A stretch of DNA of 64,000 nucleotides from Octopus vulgaris (Eukaryota). The first letter of the stretch is position 1, and each line of letters begins with the position of its first letter. Positions 39,433 through 53,099 of this stretch are shown here, piece by piece. Where the stretch lies: contig OX597817.1 of assembly GCA_951406725.2 (NCBI GenBank), forward strand, positions 159,774,001-159,838,000. The letters are read 5' to 3'. The position numbers were made by a program, and so were the translations under genes. The notes under the pieces were generated by a model, which saw nothing but the letters and a program-made list of their open reading frames with translations, had not been told where the DNA came from and ran no database searches.

Positions 39433-42400
39433 CTAGTCTTGCCGGGTCTTCTCACGCACAGCATACTTCCATAGGTCTCGGTCTCTAGTCATTTCCATGG
39501 TGAGACCTAACGTCCGAAGGTCGTGCTTCACCACCTCGTCCCAGGTTTTCCTGGGTCTACCTCTTCCACGGGTTCCCTCAACTGCTAGGGATTGGCACTT
39601 TCTCACACACCTCTCTTCATCCATTCTCGCCACATGACCATACCAGCGCAATCGTCTCTCTTGCACACAACAACTGATGCTTCTTAGGTACAACATTTCT
39701 CTCAAGGTACTAACGCTCTGTCGAGTAAGTACACTGACATTACACATCCATCGGAGCATACTGGCTTCGTTCCTCACGAGCTTACGCATGTCCTCAGCAG
39801 TCACGGCCCATGTTTCACTGCCATGTAGCATAGCTGTTCGTACACATGCATCATACAGTCTGCCTTTTACTCTGAGCGAGAGGCCTTTAGTCACCAGCAG
39901 AGGTAAGAGCTCCCTAAACTTTGCCCAGGCTATTCTTATTCTAGCAGTTACACTTTCAGCGCACCCACCCCCACTACTGACTTGGTCACCTAGATAGCGG
40001 AAACTATCAACTACTTCTAGTTTTTCCCCCGGAAAGTGACAGAAGTTGTTTTCTGCAGATTTTCGGAGGTCAGTGCTCCAGAGCACCTGCCACATACAAA
40101 AACTATCTTCCCAGTTAGCCTACCTTTGACATTGCTGCACCTCTTATGTGTCCATAGCTTACACTGGGTACATCTTATAGAGTTTCTACCTACACCTTTT
40201 CTACAGATCGAGCAGGGCCATCTTCCTGATGATATTTGTGGGTTTTCTACCTTTCTACTTATTAGTACTTTGGTTTTAGCTAGGTTGACTCTAAGGCCCC
40301 TCGATTCTAAACCCTCCTTCCACACCTGGAACTTCTCCTCCAGTTCTGATAGTGACTCAGCGATTAGAGCGAGGTCGTCAGCATAGAGGAGCTCCCAGGG
40401 GCAACCTGTCTTGAATTCCTCCGTTATTGCCTGGAGGACTATGATAAATAGGAGGGGGCTGAGTACTGAACCCTGGTGGACCCCAACCTCTACTTTGAAT
40501 TCTTCTGTGTACATGTTGCCAACTCTAACCTTACTTACGGCATCTCTGTACATGGCTTGCACAGCCCTCACCAGCCATTCATCTATCCCTAATTTCCTCA
40601 TTGACCACCAGATGAGGGATCGGGGGACCCTATCAAAGGCTTTCTCCATGTCAACAAAAGCCAGGTACAGGGGCTTATCCTTGGCTAGGTATTTCTCCTG
40701 CAGCTGCCTTACCAGGAATATAGCATCAGTGGTGCTTTTCCCTGGGACAAACCCAAACTGCATCTCATCTAAACTAACTCTCTCTAATTAGTTGGGCTAA
40801 GACCCTCTCCGTAACCTTCATTACCTGATCCAACAGCTTGATACCTCTGTAATTATTTGTATCCAGGGCATCACCTTTACCTTTGTAGCAGTTGACTAGT
40901 ATGCTGCTACACCAGTCATTGGGTATGACTCCTTCGTGTATCACCTGGTTGACTATACGGGTGACTAGGTTATAGCCGACACTGCCAGATATTTTGAGCA
41001 TCTCTGCAGTAATTCCTGATGGGCCTGGGGCTTTCCCTGTCTTCATGCTTCTAATTGCCTTAGCTACCACGGAACTATCAACTCGGATAGCTGGTCCCTC
41101 TGTTGGGTCAACATTTGGCAGACTCTCTTTATCCCATTCATTTTCTTTATTCAGCAAACTTTCATAGTGGCATCTCCAAACCTCTCTCTTTGCATCCTCA
41201 TTTAGCGCAAGTGAACCATCATCCATGCGAACACACTTCTCTCCTACCACATCACGATTCTCTCTCACACACTGTCTTGCAACACGAAATACCTCAAGTC
41301 TTTCATCCTCACGGCTCAGAACATTGGCAAATTTTTTCTTATCCGCTTCCCCTCTGGCTATATAAACCTGTCTCCTAGCTTCCCTTTTGGCTGTCTGATA
41401 CAATTCCCTGCTACCACCGTTCTTCCAGTCCTTCCAAGCCTGTCTCTTTTGTCTAATAGCCCCGTCAACCACCGTGTTCCACCACCATGTTACTCTGGGT
41501 TGAGATGGTACTTTGCTCCATCCACAGATCTGGTCAGTGGCTGTCAGCAGATTGTCCCGTAGGAATCTCCAGTTGTCTTCCACATTAAGTGAAGCTATAT
41601 CCCCTTCTATTTCGTCAGAGGCTTCGAGTAGTATGTCTCTAAATCTCTGTGCATTTGCAGGATCTTTAAGCTTCCAGACCCTTCTCCTCCAAGCTGGTCT
41701 TCTTCTGGGCGACCATTTAGCTCTGATCCTGAAGTCGCTAACTACTAATCTATGTTGGGGAGTACATTCTTCGCCTGGGAAGGTTTTGGCATTTATAATC
41801 AGCCCTCTTTCCCTTTTTCTGGCAAGGATGTAGTCAATCTGGCTGGTGTGTCTGCCAGAACGGTAGGTGACTAGGTGAGAGGTGGGTTTCCTGAAGTGGG
41901 TATTGCAGACCATAAGGTCATTTGCATCGCAGAACTCCAGCAGCCTGGTTCCCTCCTCATTTCGAGAGCCAAAACCGTGGCCTCCATGGATGCCATGGAA
42001 GCCCCTGACATGTCGTCCAACATGTCCATTGAAATCACCTGCCACGAAGAGAAGGTCACTGTCATTTGTCAATGAGGTAGTCCGCAATAGGGTGTCATAG
42101 AATTGGTCTTTTTGTCCTTCCGGTAGCCCTGGTTGAGGGGCATATGCCGAGATGATGGTAGCTGTCCTATGGTGAAGAACTAATCTAATTTTAATTACTC
42201 TGTCACTTATTCTGACTACCTCGATTACCTTACCTATCCATTTCTCCGCAAGAAGTATACCCACGCCCCCGACACCGTCAATGTTCCCTGCCCAGAAAAT
42301 CTTGTACCTGTGTTCCTTGCCCGTGAGGAGCCTAGCAGAACCTCCTCTCCACCTTACTTCCTGGATACAGCATACATCCACACGTCTCCGTTCAAGCAGC

Positions 42401-42549
42401 TCTACAATCTCTCCAGACCTACCTTTCAATGTGCCAACGTTGAGCGTGCCAACTCTGAGGGTTTGGGAGGTGTGGGCATCAGAGACCCTGGGACGAGGGA
42501 CAGCAGTGTCATGTACCTGAAAAGAAAGCTTGCATTTGGCAGATTTCAT
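39433..42549 (-). CDS. RTE ORF: AP endonuclease plus reverse transcriptase with internal PHD-type finger; two frameshifts; 1039 aa if repaired
   Basis: APE motifs GTLNVGTL, IQEVRW, YAPQ, GDFNGH, IDYIL, QHRLV; RT motifs KAPGPSG, YRGIKL, QFGF, FVDMEKAFD, GVHQGSVLSP, YADD, FRYLG; frameshifts at ~40778 and ~40028. Confidence 0.93.
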
Positions 42550-42785
42550 ATGGAAACTCTAGACTACAACCTGCATACTTTTCACAATTTTTTGCGCTAT
42601 ATGTTCAGATAAACCCTACATAGGTGCTAGTGGGGGAGGGGTTAGTTTCCGGTATTAGGGTAGAAACTTCCGGTATTGGTGGTGGGGGTGGGAGGGCGGG
42701 CGACAAAATCGAAGCAACTAGTTTGAATACTATATTTGAGGGGGAAAAATAATTAATTAGATAAATGACTGAATGAAAGCCAGAG

Positions 42786-42900
42786 AGAGAATGAAAATAG
42801 ATAAATAATAAAAAATACGGTAGAGAATGGAAATAGATAAATAATGAAAAAAATACGGTAGAGAATGAGAATAGATAAATAATGAGAAAAATACGGTAAG
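42786..42900. repeat. Three ~37-bp tandem repeats in the RTE 5' UTR
   Basis: gagaatgaaaatagataaataat(g)aaaaaatacggta x3. Confidence 0.85.
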
Positions 42901-43164
42901 AGACGAGGGGGCATATTTCGGAGGAGAATGGGTAAACATCGAAGATGGCCCTGAAGGAAAATAAACTTTAAAAATGCAATGCATGAAGTCGCCATGTTTA
43001 GAGAATAGGGGAACGAAGGGAGAACAGATCAAGCTATCCAAACAAAACGCTTAAAAATATGAAAAGAGCAGGATGAAATTGACTTAGCTGGCCATTTTTG
43101 GAAGTCTGTGTTTTCTCTGAAGGTGTAGCGAGTGAATAGGGATCAGATACGATCGCACGCTGGC

Positions 43165-43171
43165 TTTTATA
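43165..43171 (-). promoter_or_regulatory. Candidate TATA box at the RTE 5' end
   Basis: TATAAAA on the minus strand in a locally GC/CpG-richer context, between a (CT)n tract and the RTE 5' UTR. Confidence 0.35.
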
Positions 43172-43217
43172 AGGGAATTAGGGAAGGGGACGGAAACACG
43201 AGAGAGAGAGAGAGAGA

Positions 43218-44482
<1,265 letters not shown>

Positions 44483-44494
44483 TAATTAATTAAT

Positions 44495-45635
44495 TTATTT
44501 ATTTTTTAAAATAAAATATGGTCCATTGTATTGTGCTGAACTGGGGGGTAATCCCTTGTCCCTAGGGTCACTGTAGGTCCTCATCTCATGGAGAGTACAC
44601 GGCATAAAATGTGTGCAGAATCTTGCAACACTATTTTCTGAAGTTCTCCCATGTTAACACTGCAAGGGAGTTTGTTGAGCTGCTTATCAAGGCCCTTTTT
44701 AATTAGCCCTAATACTCCAATCACCACTGGTGCTGTGCTGCTTTTCATTCCTCACATTAGTCCTCTTCCTCTCATGCTTCTTGGTAAATATATCCTGATC
44801 ACGTCTGCTTTTGGGTTCTTCATTGGAGCCATGGTTAGTAGTTTTCTGGTCTTGAAGTCTAGCTTCTTTATTTCGCTCATTTGCCAGTTGATTATATTGA
44901 AACAGTAAGCTAAGATTGGTACTGCAAGAGTGTTAATGGCTTCTATTTTGTTTGCAGTGTTGAGTTCAGTCTTTGTTACTAACTGTACTCTCCTGTAGTA
45001 CTCTTTTCTAATCTTATCTTTCATTGCTGAATGTTTTATGCCATTACTTTCGTCTCTGCCAAGGTATTTATATGCTTCTTCCTGGTCTAGTGCTTGGATG
45101 CTTGCTTCTGTATCTACGTGGATATCCACAGAACATTGCCAGTTTGCCTCTTATGAAAGTGGCTTTTTGCACATTTCTCCAGCCCAAACTGCATCCTGAT
45201 ATCATCAATGAACTTTTTAATCATAGTAAGTAGACCTTCTTGTTGTTCGTCATTTTTTTGAGTACATTTTCAGATCATCCATGTAGAACAGATGACTCCC
45301 TTTTTTCTTCTTGATCTCATATCCATACCCAGTTTTGTTGAACATGGTACTTAATGATGCCAGTACCAAGCAGAATATTAAGGGTGACAGCGAGTCCCTT
45401 GGAAGATACCACTTTTGATTTTGATTGGTCTGCTTGTTATTGATCCACTGGAATGGTTCAGTGTCAACATAGTTTCCCATGTATTCATGCTGTTTCATAA
45501 ACTTGATGAGAGTTGGGGATACTTTGTATACTTCCATCACTTTCAGAATCCATGAGTGAGGTACACTATGCCTTTTTATAGTTGATCCATGATGTGCTCT
45601 GGTTCATTTTCCTGGTTTTGCAGTCTTCGATGTTC
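44495..45635 (-). mobile_element. R4/Dong-like non-LTR retrotransposon relic between two (TTA)n tracts
   Basis: VPHSWIL, DSLSPL, HLFYMDDLK, FGLEKCA, YKYLG, NKIEAINTLAVP, RIYLPR..RGRGL, then VVIGVLG...LQKIVL; internal deletion near 44750. Confidence 0.85.
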
Positions 45636-45695
45636 ATTATTGTTGTTGTTATTATTATTATTAATTATTAATTATTATTATTATTATTGTTGTTG

Positions 45696-45774
<79 letters not shown>

Positions 45775-46469
45775 AGCCTTGTGAACTATAGCAACCCAGT
45801 GTTCCCTGGCCAAAATATTAATTCATTTCACTATTTATCAAGCTGGAAAAAGCAAGATGGTTCAGTAAATGCATTTGATGTAATCAATGGTTGGATGAGC
45901 TAGTGCATTTAGTAAAAGACAGAGAGAAATACATGGGAGATAACTAGCTTCACAGTAAATATAATCAGTGTTTTATGAATATCAAAATAACATAAGCCAA
46001 CACTAGAATGCTTTATGATGTGTCCGGTGGTTTATCCTTAATTTCTGCTAAGATGTATTTTGGAAAATGTGAACAATCAAGGTTTCATGTAAAATTGGAC
46101 CCAACAGCAATTTCATCTTTTGGCACACTTCTTTGTGAGTCTAACCATCACTATATATTCAGCACACCTTAACTACTTAGACAGATGGCAGCCAGACAGT
46201 AGTTGACCACTGTTGACAACACAAAGTCAAAGTAAAGGTGATGAATGAGAGACATTAGAAGACAGTAGCACAGCCAGCAGCTAACCACATGTTTGCTGCT
46301 GCTATAATCACATCAGTCCAAGAACAGTTATCTCCAAACTCTTTTGATGTTTTGCTGTCTGCAGTAACAACATTTTTTTTTTGTTTACAGAAGAAATATT
46401 TCGTTTATCAAAAATCTCAACAAATATCAGTGTTCTTCTTTGTGCATACATATATATATATATATATAA

Positions 46470-46761
46470 TAAAAATAAATAAATAAAAATTGTGACCGAC
46501 CAGTCCATCAGATGTAGTTACACATCGCTGGTCACAATGCGTTCGCATTGTTTTAGCCATCGAATGACGCCACCCCGATGGCTAAGTGAGCAGGCCAACA
46601 GAAGAAAGAGTGGTGAAAGAGTACAGCAGGGATCACCACCCCCTGCCGGAACCTCGTGGAGCTTTAAGGTGTTTTCGCTCAATAAACACTCACAACGCCC
46701 GGTCTGGGAATCGAAACCGCGATCCTACGACCGCGAGTCCGCTGCCCTAACCACTAGGCCA
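46470..46761 (-). mobile_element. SINE with family A head and an alternative 3' tail
   Basis: 46610-46761 matches the family A head; 46490-46610 is a different tail ending in (attt)n. Confidence 0.8.
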
Positions 46762-47014
46762 TATATATTGTGACCTGGACATCACAAAAACCAAGTCCCT
46801 CCAAACTGTGATGGCCTTTGGATGTGTCTACAGTGAGTGTGATGTCATACTTCCCATGTCTTTGAACAGGGCCTGAGGTTAAATTCAGATGGCTATGTGA
46901 CGCTGCTGGAGACTGTGGACAAACCTTGGCTAGTGATGGCTGCTGCTGGAAGGTCATATATGTGGCAGTAGGATTTAGCTTTTTGCCATCCCTCAAGGGG
47001 GAGTCAGAAGCAGT

Positions 47015-47370
47015 TGTTGGAGAATTTCTGCAACTTCATCAGCTCCAATTTCTGGCCTCCCGATTCCCCCAATTATAATTCCATGGATTACTATATGTAG
47101 AACCTGATTGAAAACGATATCAACTGATCTGATGGCCAAGATCAAGGAGGTGTTTGAACATCTTCCCAGGTACACAGTGAGGAATGTATGTATCAGGTTC
47201 TGGAGCCTTCTTAAGGCTGTTGTAGAATCTGAGGGCAGCTAGACTGAGTAAACTGTCATCTCCAAGATGCAATCTAGTTGAGGCCTTTTGATTTGTGGAT
47301 TTGGGGATAAGATATTGCGCTTTCTTATTCTTTTGTGCAAACTGTCAAATTTAGCCCAAACACCCTGTAT
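47015..47370 (+). mobile_element. maT/mariner-like 3' fragment
   Basis: ENF.NFISSNFWPPDSP..NSMDYY...DLMAKIKEVF...RFWSLLKAVVESEG; TIR-like end caaacaccctgta. Confidence 0.6.
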
Positions 47371-47494
47371 ACGTGTGTTTGTAAATGTATTTTGCATATA
47401 TCTTGTTACTGAGTAACCTGTACAAAGGATTTGTTTTTTAAGTGGAGTAGTTTTGTGCAGGGCCTACCTGACTCACTCCTCCTAGACTAGTCTA

Positions 47495-48225
47495 CAGTTT
47501 TTGTTGCCTAGGTGACCTAATTAGCAGTGAGTGGGTGTTGATGTTCTGAAAGCAATAATAACTAAAGCAAGTACAGAGTGCAAAAAGTTCAAGGAGCAAT
47601 TACTTCTGCTGAAAACAAAAGGATTTTCTCTCTGAGTGAAGGGCACATCATATGCTGCTTGTGTATGCAGTGTGATGCTGCATGGTAGTAAAAATGCGAG
47701 TGCAGAATGCAGAAGAAGTGCATTGGCATTGAATGAAAAATGTGGAAGCACTCCGTCGGTTACGACGACGAGGGTTCCGGTTGATCCGAATCAACGGAAC
47801 AGCCTGCTCGTGAAATTAACGTGTAAGTGGCTGAGCACTCCACAGACACGTGTACCCTTAACGTAGTTCTCGGGGATATTCAGCGTGAGACAGAGTGTGA
47901 CAAGGCCGGCCCTTTGAAATACAGGTACAACAGAAACAGGAAGTAAGAGTGAGAGAAAGTTGTGGTGAAAGAGTACAGCAGGGATCACCACCATCCCCTG
48001 CCGGAGCCTCGTGGAGCTTTTAGGTGTTTTCGCTCAATAAACACTCACAACGCCTGGTCTGGGAATCGAAACCGCAATCCTATGACCGCGAGTCCGCTGC
48101 CCTAACCACTGGGCCATTGCGCCGCCACGAATGAAAAATAAATGTAGTGTGAAATGTAGCGTACTCAAACAACAGAACAGAAATATGTTGCGAGAAAAAT
48201 GGGGTGCAAGAGAAATCAGATATAG
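47495..48225 (+). mobile_element. Decayed RTE ORF fragment interrupted by SINE A
   Basis: LGDLISSE...KKFKEQLLLLKTKGFSL.VKG.SYAACV.SVMLHGS, continuing after the SINE as MLREKWG.REI. Confidence 0.65.
47742..48128 (-). mobile_element. Full-length SINE family A with 11-bp TSD
   Basis: TSD gaatgaaaaat at 47731-47741 and 48129-48139. Confidence 0.92.
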
Positions 48226-48301
48226 CAGGAGTCCCCAGATTGCAGACTAGTACCAGGCACCAGATCATCTGGTACTGGGCCACACAGAAAAAAATCAATT
48301 T

Positions 48302-48651
48302 TTAATCCTTTAGCATTCAGTATATTCTGTTAAGTGTAATGCTTATTTATTCACGTTGCTTCGAATTAATCCTGCATTGTCATGTAGCTTCAAGATTTCA
48401 ATGATGTGTCTACTTTGCCTTTCATCCTTTCAGGGTTGATAAATTAAGTACCAGTTGTGTACTGGGGTTGATCTAATTGACTGGCCCCCTCCCCCAAAAT
48501 TTCAGGCCTAGAGTAGAAAAGAAAATGTGATTGTATATTTCTAGAATGACATTGTAGGCTAGGTGTGAGAGATTGGATCTGGCTAGTTTTAGGTTCAAAA
48601 CAAGTAGAATATTTGGGCTTGATATGACTGGTTTAAATGCTAAAAGGTTAA
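48302..48651. mobile_element. TTAA-bounded MITE containing a SINE fragment (48410-48525), inside a hAT-like relic (~48226-49212)
   Basis: Ends ttaatcctttagcatt / aatgctaaaaggttaa; outer ends caggagtcccca / tcaggaccactg. Confidence 0.55.
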
Positions 48652-48784
48652 ATCTATTTTTTATCCCTATTTGCTTGATTATTTCAGTCTGTAGGGAGGG
48701 TGTTTTGTATTATTTATGTGTTATATATACATAATAATTGAATTATATATCATGCACTTTATTTTGTTTTGTTATGCATATGAT

Positions 48785-49131
48785 AGTGAAGGTGCATGGC
48801 TCAGTGGTTAGAGCGTCGAGCTTACGATCGTGAGGTTGTGAGCTCGAATCCCGGACCGGGCTGCGTGTTGTGTTCTCGAGCAAGGCACTTTATTTCACAT
48901 TGCTCCAGTTCACTCAGCTGTAGAAATGAGTTGCGATGTCACTGGTGCCAAGCTGTATCGACCTTTGTCTTTCCCTTGGATAACACTGGTGGCGTGGAGA
49001 GGGGAGGCTGGTATGCATGGGCGACTGCTGGCCTTCCATAAAAAAAACAACCTGGCCCAGACTTGTGTCTAGGAGGGTAACTTTCTAGGTGCAATCCCAT
49101 GGTCATTCATGACCGAAGGGGGTCTTTACCC
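48785..49131 (+). mobile_element. Full-length tRNA-derived SINE family D with 12-bp TSD
   Basis: A-box tggctcagtggttagagc, B-box gctcgaatccc, gagcaaggcacttt core; TSD tatgcatatgat at 48773-48784 and 49132-49143. Confidence 0.92.
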
Positions 49132-49489
49132 TATGCATATGATGCCTCAGTTCTTGAACAATTTGTCTTGCATGAAATCAGTCTATGGGGCAAAAAAGAC
49201 TCAGGACCACTGAGCTATAGCCTTTTGGCATGACATTAAACTGCATCCAGTGGTGTGGCTCCAGTTCAGAGGTTCTGGAGTTTTGGGGAGCATAGAGTCA
49301 CCACTTAGTTATCATTACTCCCAGATCTGTTCTGATTCGGAATAGTATTACCTGTCAGGGTTCCATCTACAGGTTAAATAGATTTTTTTTGTAAGAGTAG
49401 ATTAAGCTCCTTAGCTGTAGTGAAAGCAATCAATCCAAGAGAAGGAAAACCCCAAAATTAACAGCCTCCTTCATCTTGCCCTAAGCCAG

Positions 49490-49900
49490 GACAGAAGAGT
49501 ATGGCTGATGAAACTAACATGAGGTATGTTTGATAGCATAAGATTCATACTGTGGAGATAAAATATCTCATGTTATTGTGCATTCTGCTGCAGGCAAAGA
49601 TAATGGAAAATGATGAGCTGTGGTGGATAAGAGAAAGAGGAGAATGCATAGTTATAGACATGTGGTGTAATGCTGACAGTTGGCTAAAGAAATGCCAAGC
49701 AATCAATCCAAGCAGGAGAGAAAGACCAAGGATGATACTGGGGAAGAAGAGATGAAATGTGATCCCAAGAGGCTGAACTTCATGAAAGAGGCGATAACAA
49801 TGGAATGATAGAATGCAGTATGTGGCAATATTGTTGTGCTAGCAAAGACTCATCTAACCCATGAAAGCATTAGAAAATGTACATCAGAATGATGAGGATG
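49490..49900 (+). mobile_element. Highly decayed RTE 3' fragment
   Basis: DSWLKKCQAI...RERPR; aacccatgaaagcatt...gatgaggatga tail. Confidence 0.45.
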
Positions 49901-50210
49901 AAGACACACTCACACTAAGAACTGTAGTGTTTTTGTTTACGTAAACACTTTTATGACTAAATCTGTATGTATGTATGCACTTCTATGTGTGTGTGTGTGT
50001 GTGTGTGTGTCAAAATGCTAATTACATGCGGATCGTTGCTGATTTTTTTTTCCCTCTGTCTTCCTTTTCTCTTGAATTTTCCTCTGTCTCCTGAATATGA
50101 AGAAGAGTTTCTTTGAAACATAAAACTACCTTTCTTTCTTTCCCTGAGCGCATGCTAATACTTTGCATGTACTACGTCCTCGTGTTGTTGTTCTATATAT
50201 ATACATATAC

Positions 50211-50282
<72 letters not shown>

Positions 50283-50329
50283 GTATATATATATATGTAT
50301 ATATATGTATATATATATATTTTTTTATA

Positions 50330-50426
<97 letters not shown>

Positions 50427-50706
50427 GTATGTATATATATGTGTATATATATGTATATATGTATCTATATATATATGTGTGTGTGTATATTAGAAGAAAT
50501 AAAGTGCTCAGAAATATATATATATATGTATATATATGTATTATATATGTTTGTATATATATATGTATATATGTGTATATATATATATATACACACATAT
50601 ATATATATATGTATATCTGTATATGATTTTGATTTTTCCAGTTTCAGCTCATGAATTGTGGCCATGCTGGGGCACCGCCATATATGTTTAAATATGTGTG
50701 TATATA

Positions 50707-50758
<52 letters not shown>

Positions 50759-50962
50759 TATATATGTATATAGATATGTGTGTGTATATATATATACATG
50801 CATATATATATATATTTATATATATGTATATATATGTATGTATATATATATGGTTATATATGTATATATATATATATATAAATATAAAGATATATGTATG
50901 TATGTGTGTATATATATATATATAGATAGATATGTACATATGTATAAATGTATGTATGCAAG

Positions 50963-51001
<39 letters not shown>

Positions 51002-53099
51002 ATGTGCATGCAGGCATGTGTTTGTGTGTAATTAATTTTTGCTGGTATGGAAAAACAATGGTAAAAAAAAGGGATCAAGTAATTTGATCTCCCTACTCCA
51101 TGCTCTCTCTCAGTCACCTCTCTTTCTCTCTCCCTCCCTCTCTCTGTCTCTCTCTCACTCTTTTCCCTCTTCTTTTCACCTCTCTTTCTCACTCTCTCAC
51201 TCATTTTCCATTCCATCAAAAATGTGTTAGAGCCTCAAGCTCCTCTTTCCTCGTGGTCCAGAGAGGAAAGACTGTCAGGAAAAGAAGAAAGATGAAGACA
51301 AAGAATAAGAGTGAGGAGGGGGAGGAGGAGGAGGAGGAGGAGGTCAAAACCAAAATCTTATTTATTGCAATAACTACTAACTGTTAAAGTCCTAATCAGG
51401 TTTCAACTTTAAGTAAGCCTGTTACAATTCTCCTTGGTGGGGTAGAACATGGGTGGACTCTACAAGACCTCTCTCCAGTAGCCTCCACCAACCTCCTTCT
51501 CTACCATGAAAAATCTTGGAAGGGAATTTTTTTTAACCATAGAGTAGGGTGGAAAAAAAGTTATGTTTGGTTGAGATAAATGTATATTCTAGCATTTTCT
51601 TTTTATTTTATTAATATTTTTTGTATGATTTTTTTTTTTTTTTCCATTTTGAGGAAGGGGTGTATATTTTAGCCTCTCCTTGTACTTCTGTTTCAAAAAT
51701 ATTTTGGAGCAAGAAGTATGTTAGTATAGTCACTTGTCAGTAAAAATGTCAAACTTCAAACTGTTAAAGCAGGATAAAAAAAAAAATAATAATAAAATAA
51801 AGTAAATAAATAAATAATACAGTTTGGTTCCACTTTCCAGATGATAGGAGTTTGCTCTGTTCAAGTATCATATGTATGTGTTCTTAGGGGTAGATCCCAT
51901 GTGTAGTTTTTTTTTTTTATTCTTTTATTTTTCTTCCTTGCTTTTGATTTTTGGTAAGGAGTGGATCATGTGTGCTCCTGGTACTGGGTCGGTAGAGATG
52001 ATTAGTGGAAGCACAAAGTAGAACTGGGCTGCTGATGCATGAATCAACTTATATTTGTTATTATATCCTCACCTTAAACATGACCTTTCTTTTACCTTTG
52101 TTCATACACCATCATCACCATCTTTAAGTCACCGTTTTTTTTTTTTACTTTTATAGATGCCAAGTTCATTTGTGAGTTGTGAAAGTAAGTAAATGGTACT
52201 GGTAGATAGGATGGTAATAGATAGATTTACCCAGGATCAAATTCTGTGACTTGCAGAGTGGTATGTCCATAGCGGAAGAATGTGGGTGGTTGCACCACCA
52301 TGACCCAGTAGTTGGTGATTTACTGGGTGCACAAGCAATCATTGTCTTGCCTTGATCATCTGTGTACTTAGGTTAGATGATGGACATGGGAAAATGAAAT
52401 ATGAAATCATCATTCTCCACTTATGTCCTCCTCCTCTCCTCTGTCGTTGTCGTCTTCTTCTTCTTCTTCTTCTTCCAATTCTGTTTCTTCCACCCCTACG
52501 TCTACTCCGTCCTCCTAACCTGCCTCCTATTCCTCCTCTGTCTCTCCTCCTCCTCAGCCTCTTCTCCTTCTCCTCTGCCTCTCCTCCACTTCTGCCACCT
52601 CCTTTTCTGCCTCTCCTTTTCTTCAGCCTCTCTTCTCCCTCTTTTGCCTCCTCTTCCCCTTCTCTTCTGCCTCCCTCCCCCTCTGCATCATCCTCCCCTC
52701 CTCCCCCTCTGCCTCCCCCTCTGCATCCTTCTCCTACTCCTCATCTGCGTCATTGGTATCCTCCTCCCCTTCTTCCACCCCTTCCATTTCTGTTGCTACA
52801 ATCATTGTTGCTCTCCCCAACTGCTCCATATCCTCTGTCATTTATTTGTTCAATTGATGATATTCTGTCTGTGATCAATCAATCTTCATAGTTTCACATA
52901 TTTAAGGTGTAATCCTGCCATGTGCAGTGGCCCTCAATCAGAAGACAGCAGGGAGATTTTCGATGGTGGAGAAATTTGAGCCAGTTGAATTTCTGTGTAG
53001 AAACAAGGATGTTTCTTCATTAGTTTGGTGCCATGGCATTCCAGATAGCTCCATCTACTGTTGCCCTGACATACCTTCACACTTTCTCCTTTTTAGCAA

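Noticed and set aside
48788-48862. tRNA gene (also heads at 7666, 48128 and 57683)
   Set aside because: tRNA-like heads continue into SINE bodies flanked by TSDs; no clean cloverleaf or T-run terminator
52352-52891. Pro/Leu/Ser-rich ORF
   Set aside because: Degenerate (cct/ctt)n polypyrimidine tract
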